Origin: Candidatus Kaiserbacteria bacterium | GTDB taxonomy: Bacteria > Patescibacteriota > Minisyncoccia > Phycocordibacterales > UBA918 | NCBI GenBank assembly: GCA_016204695.1 | Contig: JACQKD010000007.1 | Span: 1 to 55,180 of the forward strand | Length of the DNA: 55,180 nt | Direction: 5' to 3' | Shown here: one piece after another, positions 38,176 to 47,960 of the stretch | Numbering within the stretch: the first letter of the stretch is position 1 | How the letters are laid out: each line of letters opens with the position of its first letter | Translations under genes and position numbers: made by a program | The notes under the pieces: model-generated | What the model was told of the DNA's origin: nothing | Database searches by the model: none | What the model saw: only the letters and a program-made list of their open reading frames with translations

Positions 38176-38832
38176 TTACCGAGTGGGGATACGCGAATAA
38201 ATGGTCCTATCCCCTATGTACCGCCGAGCAACTTCCCGCACAGGCAGTTGCCGCCCATGCACTGCTGACACGGCCCCCAAGAGCGCAGAACCACGACCAC
38301 GACGTAGCTGAGATGGCCCCCAACAGGGTATGCGGGACATCCCCGCAAATTTTATTTCCTGGCCATCCGGATTTTTCCATATAGGAAACCACGGTTCGGT
38401 AGGATCAGTCGGAGAAAACACGACAGTTCTCCTCCACCCACCCAACAACGGTATGTGAGTGAAAGGATATTGGGTGGTCTCTCCGGGTATACCTTCCGAA
38501 AGAATCATCATGTTGGGGTTCAAATGAGCGACCTCGTCTGGTCGCAGCTTTGTGTTGTTCCAGGGGTGAGTATACGGTCCAAACTCCAGAAAATAGAACA
38601 GCGACTCTAATGCACCGAGATAGGCATCCGCATTCTGAGCAAGAAGTCCCGTCGGTTTGGCATATATCCTCCCCTCTCGAACTTCTACCGGACGACCTTC
38701 CCATCGCACCAAAAAGAAACCCCAGGCACTACCCATCAGAATGGCAATGAGTAGCACGAGTCCCAACCGCCACAGTATTGCTAAAACCATAACCATCCCC
38801 TCCAGAGACGTATTGTTGACTAGCAACCCCAA
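38176..38832 (-). CDS. Hypothetical membrane-anchored protein
   Basis: N-terminal TM, lower GC; the real start is probably a later ATG after ggaggg. Confidence 0.55.
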   Translation of the reverse strand: MGLLVNNTSLEGMVMVLAILWRLGLVLLIAILMGSAWGFFLVRWEGRPVEVREGRIYAKPTGLLAQNADAYLGALESLFYFLEFGPYTHPWNNTKLRPDEVAHLNPNMMILSEGIPGETTQYPFTHIPLLGGWRRTVVFSPTDPTEPWFPIWKNPDGQEIKFAGMSRIPCWGPSQLRRGRGSALLGAVSAVHGRQLPVREVARRYIGDRTIYSRIPTR

Positions 38833-38864
38833 TTTCTGGAAAGATTAAAGCACAATTTTGTAGT

Positions 38865-39593
38865 TTAGTCAAAATTTCGAAATGCCGACGGCGAGAGATA
38901 GGTCTGCCATTTTTTGTAGAGTTCCGTCGTCGCAATGATGTCACGGACGTTGTAGCGGGCGATGGTTTCGTATTTGCCTTCCCGGAAAAGCGCGCTCACG
39001 TCGTCTCCGGTGACACCCGCGGCTTTCGGACTTTCAATCCCGAACGCGCGACAGTAGAGATGCAGAGATGCTTTCTTGAACACCGCGCCGTAAAAAGAGA
39101 GCTGGTCGGCGAGGTCTATGTGTTTGGCACCCTTCTGCTGATAGAGGTACCGGCCGTCCATCAGGTCGCGCGTCGGCTTTACCCCGAGTATCGCCGAACG
39201 AAGCAAGAGAAACGGCACGTCAAATCCTCGTCCGTTGAATGTCACGAACGCGTCGTACGCCTTCGCGCCGGCCCAAAAATCTTCGAGCATCTGTTTTTCG
39301 CTTCGTACTTTCAATAGCACCGCGCCTTCGGCGAGATCGTCCGCCAGAGTGTCATCCGTCCGGTAATACACCACGCCCTTCTCTTGTTCCAAATCATAGA
39401 GTCCGATGGCGACGATGCTTCCGGTCAGCGGCGAAAAGCCCAGACCATCCTGCAAATCGGCAAGCTGTGCGGTATGTTCCTCATCGCTTTTCGCCGTGCG
39501 GTCTATCCAACGGGTCAGCATGTGTTGGGTCGTCTCATCAAGCGCAGACCACTCCTCGCCGATGGTTTCAATATCAAAAACAAGCGTTCGCAT
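38865..39593 (-). CDS. RNase H-like 3'-5' exonuclease (PolB-exo related)
   Basis: DEDD motifs FDIET, FNGRGFD, HIDL, YNVRD. Confidence 0.85.
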   Translation of the reverse strand: MRTLVFDIETIGEEWSALDETTQHMLTRWIDRTAKSDEEHTAQLADLQDGLGFSPLTGSIVAIGLYDLEQEKGVVYYRTDDTLADDLAEGAVLLKVRSEKQMLEDFWAGAKAYDAFVTFNGRGFDVPFLLLRSAILGVKPTRDLMDGRYLYQQKGAKHIDLADQLSFYGAVFKKASLHLYCRAFGIESPKAAGVTGDDVSALFREGKYETIARYNVRDIIATTELYKKWQTYLSPSAFRNFD

Positions 39594-39610
39594 CGCTCTA
39601 TGCTACCACG

Positions 39611-40900
39611 CTATTGCGAGTCGTCTTCCTGCACATCATCCCAGACGAGATACGAGTTGAGGCAGTGCTGGGTAAAGTCAATGCGCTGTGTAAACTCCTC
39701 TTCTCCGGTCAAAAAGCCGCCGTACGCCCGCTCCGGGTCGGCAATCATGGCAAATGATGCCGTGCGCCCGTCAAACATCACACGGTATCGGTCGCGGCCG
39801 GCGACCTGCAGTGCGCGTTCTTTTGCAAGCCAAAACTCTATTTCATCGCGGTACGGCGCGCGCGCCGAGGGCGGCAACGACCCATCGAACACATCGTACC
39901 CAAGTACGATGCCTTCGAGGTACGCGCACATGTTGTGTTTGGTCTCCCGCATGTCGGTAAATCCCGCCATGCGCCAATCGGTATACGCCCGAGCGTACGC
40001 CTCATACTCCGGACGAGGTTCCTGTGCATTGATGTCAACGAGCGCCGCCATCACCCACAGATAGAGCGGTATATCAAACGGCACATCGTTCTTGAGATGT
40101 TGAAATGCCGTATCAAGACTGCGCTGTATCTTCTCATCGGAACGATACTGTTCATAGCGTGCCAGTGCGAGGAACGCTTCGCCGTTTGCATACGACGACT
40201 CCGTGTCCGACTGTACATCGCGTCCGAACACAAACGTGCTTCGGAAACCGCCGTTTTCTTTCTGCAGAGCCGTCAGAAACGATGCGTAGCCGGAGGTCAG
40301 GTGTCCGTAATCCTTGCCGTCCGGGTCGGCAAGGTCGTCGTCGTAGTGTGTTTGGTAGTATTCCGACTCAACAAAACTCAAGATGCCGACAAGCGCAAGC
40401 GCGGTCGCGCCGAGCTTGCAACGCGCGGGCGACGTCGGGTCGGTGACACATCGGAATGACTTCCCCTCGTATATACCTTCCTGCGTCAGCGAGGCGAAAT
40501 AGCCGATTGAAGAGAACATCGCCTCCGTAATTGCTTCTTCGTCTCCCTGCCCGCGTCGCAATACTTCGCCGAGCTCATAAAACGCTCCCGCCTGCCGGAC
40601 GATATTGTCGTCGTCAAGGTATCGGTCTTCATACGGCATGTACTCGTACCGGAAATGGCCGTCCTCTTCTTGCGCGGCAACAAGCCACGCCACGGCACTT
40701 TCGATGACATCCGTCCTGTCCTCGTGAGACAGCCACGCACTACTGCGATACCCGCCGAGCCGCCCGACTGCGGCCGCGAGCGCCTGCACTTTTTGTGCAA
40801 GCGTCAATGTCGGCGCGCCCACCGCAAATGCCGACAACGGCGTCGTCATCAGCGAGAAAACGAGAAAAAACGCGAGTGTATTTCGACGAAACGTATCCAT
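39611..40900 (-). CDS. Secreted alpha/alpha-barrel-like hypothetical protein
   Basis: Signal peptide, WLVAAQEEDGHF and LQKENGGF repeats, C-terminal RIDFTQH. Start at 40900 lies 6 nt after TATACT. Confidence 0.65.
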   Translation of the reverse strand: MDTFRRNTLAFFLVFSLMTTPLSAFAVGAPTLTLAQKVQALAAAVGRLGGYRSSAWLSHEDRTDVIESAVAWLVAAQEEDGHFRYEYMPYEDRYLDDDNIVRQAGAFYELGEVLRRGQGDEEAITEAMFSSIGYFASLTQEGIYEGKSFRCVTDPTSPARCKLGATALALVGILSFVESEYYQTHYDDDLADPDGKDYGHLTSGYASFLTALQKENGGFRSTFVFGRDVQSDTESSYANGEAFLALARYEQYRSDEKIQRSLDTAFQHLKNDVPFDIPLYLWVMAALVDINAQEPRPEYEAYARAYTDWRMAGFTDMRETKHNMCAYLEGIVLGYDVFDGSLPPSARAPYRDEIEFWLAKERALQVAGRDRYRVMFDGRTASFAMIADPERAYGGFLTGEEEFTQRIDFTQHCLNSYLVWDDVQEDDSQ

Positions 40901-40935
40901 GCGTTCAGTATACCCCGACGGCCCGATGCGCGCAC

Positions 40936-41475
40936 TCACCCCCGTCGATAGTGGAGAAACACCGCAATAAAAAATACAAACGCACTGAAAGACATCAACG
41001 GAAGCGTGATGTAGCCGAACTCAAACACGAGGCGGCGAGCACAATCGGCACCGAGGCCGGAACTCGGACAAATGAGTCCTCCTCCCGTCATCTGACCATA
41101 GTGGTGATAGAAAGAGACAAGTGCGCCGATGACGGCAAGTACGAGCCCGTAGTCGGCGATTGCCGTGTCGCGCGCGCCTTTATGGTATCGCCAGAGTGCC
41201 GTGACAGATAGTATTGTCAGCGAGTAGAGGAGCCCACGCTCCACCCAGCAGAGTCCGCACGGAATAAACCCGTACACTTCCGAGTAGACAAGCGAGAGTA
41301 TGGCCGAAACCGCACCGGTAGCCGCGACGAGCCACAACCCAAAACGCCGCAGGTAGGGCGATGAGTATCGCTCCGTCAGAAAAAAGTATTCAATGAGGAG
41401 ATACGCAGTGGCGACCTGCAAAAACACCGCGCCAAGCGCGACCCAATAGCTGTACGCTTCAAGAGGAGGCATCAT
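40936..41475 (-). CDS. dsbB: Disulfide bond formation protein DsbB/BdbC
   Basis: PCGLCWVER, second Cys pair (ICP…DC), FGYITLPLMS; ATGA overlap with the upstream gene. Confidence 0.88.
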   Translation of the reverse strand: MMPPLEAYSYWVALGAVFLQVATAYLLIEYFFLTERYSSPYLRRFGLWLVAATGAVSAILSLVYSEVYGFIPCGLCWVERGLLYSLTILSVTALWRYHKGARDTAIADYGLVLAVIGALVSFYHHYGQMTGGGLICPSSGLGADCARRLVFEFGYITLPLMSFSAFVFFIAVFLHYRRG

Positions 41476-41846
41476 AATGGCAATTCGCACCCCGACTTTT
41501 CCGCGAGCGCCGAAAGCGACTGCGGCCCGCTGAGCCGCTCGCCGTCGGCAAACACCCATGTCGGATATCCTTTGACGCCGGCATCCTTGCACACGGCCAG
41601 CTGGCTCTTGCCGTCGGGCGTCGAGCACTCCGTGTACGGAAGCTTGTCTTTGGAGCGGCCAAACATCGCTTTCTGTTCTTGGCAGTGCGGACACCAGAAC
41701 GCGCCGTAGAAGATGACATTCTTGTCTTTGAGACACTGCGCAAAGCCGTCGTATTTCCCCGGTTGCGTGCTGTTCCAGATGCCGTAGCCTGCAAGCAACA
41801 CAACCACTCCGAGCACTCCGATCATCATCACTTTCCCATGCGACAT
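41472..41846 (-). CDS. Membrane-anchored thioredoxin-fold protein
   Basis: YGAFWCPHC and GYPTW motifs. Confidence 0.88.
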   Translation of the reverse strand: MSHGKVMMIGVLGVVVLLAGYGIWNSTQPGKYDGFAQCLKDKNVIFYGAFWCPHCQEQKAMFGRSKDKLPYTECSTPDGKSQLAVCKDAGVKGYPTWVFADGERLSGPQSLSALAEKSGCELPL

Positions 41847-41952
41847 ACGGCAGTACTATAGCATCTATTTCGGCAATACGCGTGCTTTGTCCACGCGCAC
41901 ATACGACCACAACACAATTGTTCCCCGTAACTTCATACTATATGATGCGTAC

Positions 41953-42807
41953 ATGGTCTACATTTTGCTCGCCTGTGCGCTCGTCATGCTCGCTTCGTTT
42001 GTCGGCGTGCTCTCGGTATGGAAGCATCTCGGAGAGCATATCGAACGCAATTTGAGCATGCTCGTCAGTTTTTCGGCTGGTGTCTTTCTCCTGATCGGCT
42101 ACGAACTGGCGCGCGAGACGCTTGAACACGCCCCTTCGGCGGGATACGGACTCGCATGGATCATAGGCGGCATCGTATTGCTGTCGCTCATATTCCGACT
42201 GATACCCGCGTTCCATCACCATCACGATGAACATGAGGAGACGCATCCGCATCCTCGCATCGACGGACGCCGCGTGCTATTGAGCGACGGTATTCACAAT
42301 ATCGGCGACGGCATTCTGCTTTCGGCGGCATTCGCCGTCAGTACGCCATTTGGCTGGGTCACCGTCGCGAGCGTCCTCGTCCATGAGCTTGTACAGGAGA
42401 TATCGGAATTTTTCGTATTGCGGCAAGCGGGATACGACACAAAGCGCGCGATCACGCTCAACGTTCTCGTTTCGGCAACCATTCTTATCGGAGCAATTGG
42501 GAGTTTTTTCTTGCTTGATCTCTTCACACAGCTCAAACTGCCTCTTCTCGGACTCACCGCCGGCGCACTCTTTGTCGTCTTCGTCTACGACCTCATTCCC
42601 CACTCCGTCCGAGCATCCCAGAAGGAGACGCGCTGGTTGCGGCACATTTTTTGGTTCGCGCTCGGCGCGTTTTTGATGTTCGGCGTCCAGACACTCGCAA
42701 GTCACTCAAAAGAGTCTGACAAAAACGAGCAGGCTCGTCTCGAACCTGCTCGTTTTATTGCTCTCCATATTAATTCCGGCGCGCCTTGGAGCGGTCGTTT
42801 TCAGTGA
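41953..42807 (+). CDS. ZIP family metal transporter
   Basis: SFSAG, His-rich loop HHHHDEH, DGIHNIGDG, HELVQEISEF. Confidence 0.9.
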   Translation: MVYILLACALVMLASFVGVLSVWKHLGEHIERNLSMLVSFSAGVFLLIGYELARETLEHAPSAGYGLAWIIGGIVLLSLIFRLIPAFHHHHDEHEETHPHPRIDGRRVLLSDGIHNIGDGILLSAAFAVSTPFGWVTVASVLVHELVQEISEFFVLRQAGYDTKRAITLNVLVSATILIGAIGSFFLLDLFTQLKLPLLGLTAGALFVVFVYDLIPHSVRASQKETRWLRHIFWFALGAFLMFGVQTLASHSKESDKNEQARLEPARFIALHINSGAPWSGRFQ

Positions 42808-44584
42808 GGTATTGTTTGCGCAAGCGTACGGATTTCGGCGTGATTTCGAGATACTCGTCGTCGGCCATGATTTCAAGTCCGGTTTCAATGGAAAGCGGGT
42901 GCGGCGGCACAAGGTCTAGTGCTTCATCAGAGCCCGAGGCGCGCACATTGGAGAGTTGTTTGCCCTTGGTCGGATTGACCGACATCTCTTCGCCCTTGGA
43001 GGTATTGCCGATGACCATCCCTTCGTACACCTCCACGCCGGGACCGAGATAGAGCGTACCGCGGTCTTGGAGATTCCAGAGTGAAAAGCCAAGCGTCTTT
43101 CCGGTCGCCATGGAGATCATCGAGCCGGCCTTGCGCCTCTGTATCTCGCCCGCATACGGTCGGAACCCGAGCACCTGCGAACAGAGAATCCCCTCTCCTT
43201 TCGTATCAATCACAAACTGCCCGCGATATCCGAGAAGCCCGCGTGTGGGTCCCTCAAGAATCAGCCGTACTTGATTTTCGTGCGTAATGATATTTTGCAA
43301 AATAAACCCGCGCTGGCTCAAGCGCTCAATGACGATGCCCTGGTACTCGCTCGGCACATCCACCGTCACCTCCTCGAACGGCTCGTGTTTTGCGCCGTCT
43401 ATCTCTCGGACGATGACCTGCGGCTGGGACACCTGAAGCTCGTATCCTTCGCGGCGCATATTCTCAAGCAAAATGGCGATGTGCATCTCCCCGCGGCCGT
43501 ACACACGGAAAGAATCCCCGCCCGTATCGGATGAAAAATCAACCTGCAAGCCGACATTGACCTCAAGCTCCCGCACGAGCCGGTCGCGTATCTGCCGCGT
43601 CGTCACAAACTTTCCCTCGCGGCCGGCAAACGGCGAATTATTGACGAGAAAATTGAGCCCGATGGTCGGCTCATCCACCGCGATCGCCGGCAGTGGCGCG
43701 GTCTCCGCAGTGTCGGTAATCGTCTCGCCGATGGAGATGTCCTCAATGCCCGCCACGAGCACAATGTCGCCCGCGTATGCGCGCTCCGCTTCCACGCGCT
43801 CAAGCCCCGCGAAGCTGAAGAGCTTGGTGATTTTCCCTTTGCGCGGCTCGTTGTCTCCGTTTTTCACAAAAATCGGCGCGCCGACCGCAAGCGAGCCGGC
43901 ATAGATGCGCGCAATCGCAAGCCGTCCCATGAAGTTGTCATAGCCGAGATTGAAGACCTGCGCGCGGAGCGCATCGCCCTCCGTGTACGGAGCCGCCGCC
44001 GGCACCTTCTCAAGAATCGTATCGAGAAGCGGCGAGAGGTCTTTCGACTCGTCGGCAAGCGCACGCTTGGCGATACCGTCGCGGCCAATCGCATAGACGA
44101 CCGTGAAGTCGGCCTGTTCGTCGGTCGCGCCGAGTTCAAGAAAAAGCTCAAGCACCTGCTCTTCCGCGCGCGCCGGGTCGGCCGCCGGCTTGTCTATTTT
44201 ATTCAAAACAACGATTGGTTTGAGACCAAGCTCAAGCGACTTCCGCAGGACAAAGCGCGTCTGCGGCATCGGACCTTCCTGTGCATCGACGATAAGAAGC
44301 ACTGAATCAATGGAGCGCAGTACCCGCTCCACCTCCGAGCCGAAGTCCGCGTGCCCGGGCGTGTCCACGATGTTGAGCTTCGTCCCCCTGTATACGAGCG
44401 AGGCGTTTTTCGCGTAAATGGTAATGCCGCGCTCTTGTTCAAGCGAGTTGCTGTCCATGGACACGCCCTCCTTCGACGCGCCGGTCTGGCGCAGTAAAGC
44501 ATCGGTAAGCGTGGTCTTGCCGTGGTCGACGTGCGCGATAATCGCGATGTTTCGTATTTCCTCTCTTGTTCCCTGCATATGCAA
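42770..44584 (-). CDS. typA: Translational GTPase TypA/BipA
   Basis: AHVDHGKTT, DTPGHADFG, NKID, GRGEMHI, EITPKSVRLRK. Confidence 0.97.
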   Translation of the reverse strand: MHMQGTREEIRNIAIIAHVDHGKTTLTDALLRQTGASKEGVSMDSNSLEQERGITIYAKNASLVYRGTKLNIVDTPGHADFGSEVERVLRSIDSVLLIVDAQEGPMPQTRFVLRKSLELGLKPIVVLNKIDKPAADPARAEEQVLELFLELGATDEQADFTVVYAIGRDGIAKRALADESKDLSPLLDTILEKVPAAAPYTEGDALRAQVFNLGYDNFMGRLAIARIYAGSLAVGAPIFVKNGDNEPRKGKITKLFSFAGLERVEAERAYAGDIVLVAGIEDISIGETITDTAETAPLPAIAVDEPTIGLNFLVNNSPFAGREGKFVTTRQIRDRLVRELEVNVGLQVDFSSDTGGDSFRVYGRGEMHIAILLENMRREGYELQVSQPQVIVREIDGAKHEPFEEVTVDVPSEYQGIVIERLSQRGFILQNIITHENQVRLILEGPTRGLLGYRGQFVIDTKGEGILCSQVLGFRPYAGEIQRRKAGSMISMATGKTLGFSLWNLQDRGTLYLGPGVEVYEGMVIGNTSKGEEMSVNPTKGKQLSNVRASGSDEALDLVPPHPLSIETGLEIMADDEYLEITPKSVRLRKQYLTENDRSKARRN

Positions 44585-44640
44585 AAATAAAAACGCGCAC
44601 CCCGCGCGTCCCGCCAGAGTACGCTAAAAAAACGGTGTGG

Positions 44641-44922
44641 TCAATGGGTCATTCCGTCTCCATGGACGAGCGCGTGTTTCCCGGAGCGACTCATCTGTTT
44701 AATCTCCGCTTCCCGCTTCATTGCGGCGCTTTTGTCCCCACACCCTTCCATATAGACAAGTCGCACGGGCAGACGGCTTCTCGTGTATTTCGCTCCGGTC
44801 TTTCCGGCATTGTGTGCAAGCACCCGCCTCTCAACGTCATTCGTGCTTCCCGTATAGTACGTCCCGTCCGCACATTCAAGCATATACACAAAATACACCG
44901 TTGTCGGCTGTGCCGATTTCAT
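44641..44922 (-). CDS. GIY-YIG nuclease (UPF0213/YhbQ)
   Basis: YFVYMLECADGTYYTGST, HNAG, AKYTR, REAEIK. Confidence 0.9.
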   Translation of the reverse strand: MKSAQPTTVYFVYMLECADGTYYTGSTNDVERRVLAHNAGKTGAKYTRSRLPVRLVYMEGCGDKSAAMKREAEIKQMSRSGKHALVHGDGMTH

Positions 44923-44947
44923 ACGAATACCGCCCGGACGCATCCGC

Positions 44948-45010
44948 TTATTTCTTCTTGTCCTTCTTGGGCTTCTTTTTTTCTTTTTTATGTGTTTGCC
45001 GTTCCGCCAT
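44948..45010 (-). CDS. 20-aa Lys-rich micropeptide MAERQTHKKEKKKPKKDKKK
   Basis: Fills an intergenic gap, ATG to TAA, 10 Lys in 20 residues. Confidence 0.45.
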   Translation of the reverse strand: MAERQTHKKEKKKPKKDKKK

Positions 45011-45122
45011 ATATGTTTCCCACGCTATCGGATAATAGCTCCATGGTAGCACGCACGCGTGGTATACTCTCCACAGCGTCTTCTTATTTATCACGGCGCT
45101 GATATGGTAAATACAATTGCAC

Positions 45123-45554
45123 ATGCTTAAAAAACTTATCGTCGCTTCTCTTTTTGCCGTCATAGGCGCCGTCAGCGTGCCGGTGTCCGCATACGCCGAG
45201 TCGTCTTCCGCCACATTGGACCACACGGTTATGACGTGTCTCAAGGATGCCGTGGTGGACCGAGAAAAAGTGCTCGACACCGGGCGACGCACATTCAACA
45301 GCTTTGTAAACGTCGCGTACGACCACCGAGCGGCCGCACTCGAGGACGCGTATTCAAACACCACCCGCGCCGCGGTGAAAACAGCGGTGAAGACCGCATG
45401 GAGTACGTTCAAAAGTGAAATCAAGTCCGCCAAGGACACGTGGATTAAAACGCGCACGGATGCCTGGAAAACATTTAAGACCGCATCAAAGGCCTGCAAG
45501 CCTCCTAAAGGTCTTGAAGACAGTGGGAACTCCGGAACAGACGGGAGTGTCTAG
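45123..45554 (+). CDS. Secreted alpha-helical hypothetical protein
   Basis: Signal peptide (…SAYA), two Cys, repeated AW..FK helices. Confidence 0.75.
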   Translation: MLKKLIVASLFAVIGAVSVPVSAYAESSSATLDHTVMTCLKDAVVDREKVLDTGRRTFNSFVNVAYDHRAAALEDAYSNTTRAAVKTAVKTAWSTFKSEIKSAKDTWIKTRTDAWKTFKTASKACKPPKGLEDSGNSGTDGSV

Positions 45555-45557
45555 CAA

Positions 45558-45619
45558 AGGCCCGCACATAATAAAAACACCGCAGGAGCTCCTGCGGTGT
45601 TTTTATTATGTGCGGGCCT
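45558..45619. terminator. Perfect 62-bp palindrome between convergent genes
   Basis: aggcccgcacataataaaaacaccgcaggag|ctcctgcggtgtttttattatgtgcgggcct. Confidence 0.8.
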
Positions 45620-45999
45620 CACCACGAACGCGGATATCCTGAAACGAGACAAAATTCGTTGCCTTCCGGGTCCAGTAGTACTTGAAACGAGCCGGGCGGC
45701 TCGTGAAAAACATCTCCTTGTGCCGTAGCGCCGAGCGCAACTGCTCGAACAGTTGCTTCCGCAAGGTCCGTGACCTCGACATCGATATGCATGCGATTCT
45801 TCACCGACTTGCCCTCTGGCACCCGCTGAAATGCGAGCTTGCCGATGCCGCCTCCCCCGACGAGCGCCACCCAATTATTCGTCGCGTCGATTTCGCCGCC
45901 GAGCATGCCCCGCCAAAATTCCGCGAGCGCCCGCGGCTCCGCGCAATCAATCACGATCTCGTGACAATACCCGACCGGTTTGTACTCTCGTTCTAGCAT
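45619..45999 (-). CDS. VOC/glyoxalase family protein
   Basis: IDC..P.ALAEFW, KNRMHID, DPEGNEFC. Confidence 0.9.
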   Translation of the reverse strand: MLEREYKPVGYCHEIVIDCAEPRALAEFWRGMLGGEIDATNNWVALVGGGGIGKLAFQRVPEGKSVKNRMHIDVEVTDLAEATVRAVALGATAQGDVFHEPPGSFQVLLDPEGNEFCLVSGYPRSW

Positions 46000-46003
46000 A
46001 CTT

Positions 46004-46381
46004 TTAATGCAGACCTACATTCTGCGCAAGCAACCAAAAGAGCACCCCCGCCACTCCCCACATCGGGATGACAAGCAAACTGGTATACCCATTCCCTACC
46101 TTCAGCCGACTGTAATACCAGAGGTGCCGGTTAAGAATCTTGTTGTAGGCAAGTCCGACAACGTACTCAAGGAAAAATCCGACGATTGCACTCGCGATAA
46201 AAAACTGGATGATTTTTGCTCCATAGATATATCCCAAGCTCAAACACCCTACCACCGGCACTGAGATAAAGACGACATACTCGCTCCATCGAAACTTTTT
46301 TGTGTTTCTCCCATATAGATATGCAATATATACCCCCAACGAAGAGGCTAATAAGAGCGTTGCGCTGATAGAAAATGTCAT
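46004..46381 (-). CDS. Small multi-TM hypothetical protein
   Basis: Four hydrophobic segments, EY…LWYY…PMWG; AT-richer. Confidence 0.65.
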   Translation of the reverse strand: MTFSISATLLLASSLGVYIAYLYGRNTKKFRWSEYVVFISVPVVGCLSLGYIYGAKIIQFFIASAIVGFFLEYVVGLAYNKILNRHLWYYSRLKVGNGYTSLLVIPMWGVAGVLFWLLAQNVGLH

Positions 46382-46534
46382 ATCGAAAGTATAGCAGTCG
46401 TCTCTCGGCTTTTAGTAACAGTGCTGCGCAACCATGTGAACGACATTAAAGCTACAGTGCAAGATGGTGGCATCCATGTTTGTTTCCTCAATCTGTTCCT
46501 TGCCCCTCGATCGCTACGACCTAACCATTGCAAA

Positions 46535-46921
46535 TCACCCCTGAAATTCAATCTCAAACGGGTACATGCCCATGCTACAACTCCCTTCCAGCGTCCCAAG
46601 CGCGGGATTCCCAAGCTCAATGTCGGTTGCGCCCGAAGGCGGGAGATTCCTCTCTATTCCCATGCTCGGAATGCGTACTGCGCTGGAACAGTCAAACGTC
46701 CCGTCCGTCTCAAACCGCAATACGGTCGGGATACCCGCCTTGGCGACGCTTTTCTCCGGAGAGTAACCACCCTTCGCTTTTATTTCAATAATTTGTTTCC
46801 CGCCGACTACGCTCACAGTATCCGCAGATGTCGTCTCTTGCGGTACGCCTCTCTGCGTAAGGAGAAAAGCCCCTCCAATGAGGACGATGGCGATGATAGC
46901 GGCTATCGTGATTGATTTCAT
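46535..46921 (-). CDS. Cupredoxin-domain protein
   Basis: GGYSP, FDCS and CSMGMY motifs, N-terminal TM. Confidence 0.85.
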   Translation of the reverse strand: MKSITIAAIIAIVLIGGAFLLTQRGVPQETTSADTVSVVGGKQIIEIKAKGGYSPEKSVAKAGIPTVLRFETDGTFDCSSAVRIPSMGIERNLPPSGATDIELGNPALGTLEGSCSMGMYPFEIEFQG

Positions 46922-46940
46922 AGGTGACAACGATAGTGTA

Positions 46941-47960
46941 TTAAAAATTAAACACAGGCGATATGAGGCCGATGACGACCAGACTGTTGATGAGATTAAA
47001 GAGCGCAAACATAATCACCACAAGACCCGCGGCTTTGAAGAAAATCCCCGCCTGTGCGCTCTTCTGGATACTGAACGAGCTGAAACTGATGAGCGCGAGC
47101 ACCGGCAGTGTGCCGAGTGCAAACGCGAGCATTGTGAGGCCGCCGTTGAGGAAGGTGCCGGTTGTGAGCGTGTAGAGTTGCATGGACTGCGTAAATCCGC
47201 ACGGCAGGAAAAATGTGGCGATACCGACAAGAAGCGGCGTCACGGTATGATTCAGCTTGGTAATGCCGAGAGCGTGTTTCGAAAAAAACTTCGGCAGTGA
47301 CGGCTGAAACCGCTTCGCGCCATGGAATACATCAAGCAAGTTGATGCCAAGGATGAGCATGACGACGCTGATGATAAGACCAAGGACAAATGTCGCCGCA
47401 GTATTGAGCGCAAACACGGACCCGATCGCGCCGATAACGCCGCCAAGAATGAAAAAAGATGCGAGTCGGCCGATATGAAAGAGAAGCTGAGGCCGCACCT
47501 TGTCGCCCTCTTTAGCGAATGTAGCGGACATCGAGAGCACCAAACCGCCGACAACCGCCATGCAAGTAGAAAGAGAGGCGATGATGCCGATGACAAACGC
47601 AGTGCCGTACGAGACATTGTTGGCATTGACGAGATTCACAATTCCCATCTTTTGCAGAAGCACGAAGAGCGCCGCGAATCCGAGCGCTATCGGTACCGCG
47701 ATTTTGAAATCCGCCCAGTTTCTTGTCTCGGCCTGTTTCTCGGTCGAAAGCGAGTAGCCGTGTTTTGCAAGCAGTCCCGTGAGTTCCTCGGCAATCGAGG
47801 CAAGCGGCGCATCTCCGAAGTCTCCACATACCTCCACGGTACGCGTCACGAGTGTCGACTTCGCCGATGACACACGCGGATGCTCGATGAGCTCACTCTC
47901 GGTGAGTACCACACATGACCGGCAATGCATCCCGACAACATGAAAGGTATATGTTTTCAT
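46941..47960 (-). CDS. HMA + DsbD_2/TauE-like membrane protein
   Basis: GMHCRSC HMA motif; STCMAVVGG, GR, FFLPCGF, FALGTLP. Confidence 0.87.
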   Translation of the reverse strand: MKTYTFHVVGMHCRSCVVLTESELIEHPRVSSAKSTLVTRTVEVCGDFGDAPLASIAEELTGLLAKHGYSLSTEKQAETRNWADFKIAVPIALGFAALFVLLQKMGIVNLVNANNVSYGTAFVIGIIASLSTCMAVVGGLVLSMSATFAKEGDKVRPQLLFHIGRLASFFILGGVIGAIGSVFALNTAATFVLGLIISVVMLILGINLLDVFHGAKRFQPSLPKFFSKHALGITKLNHTVTPLLVGIATFFLPCGFTQSMQLYTLTTGTFLNGGLTMLAFALGTLPVLALISFSSFSIQKSAQAGIFFKAAGLVVIMFALFNLINSLVVIGLISPVFNF

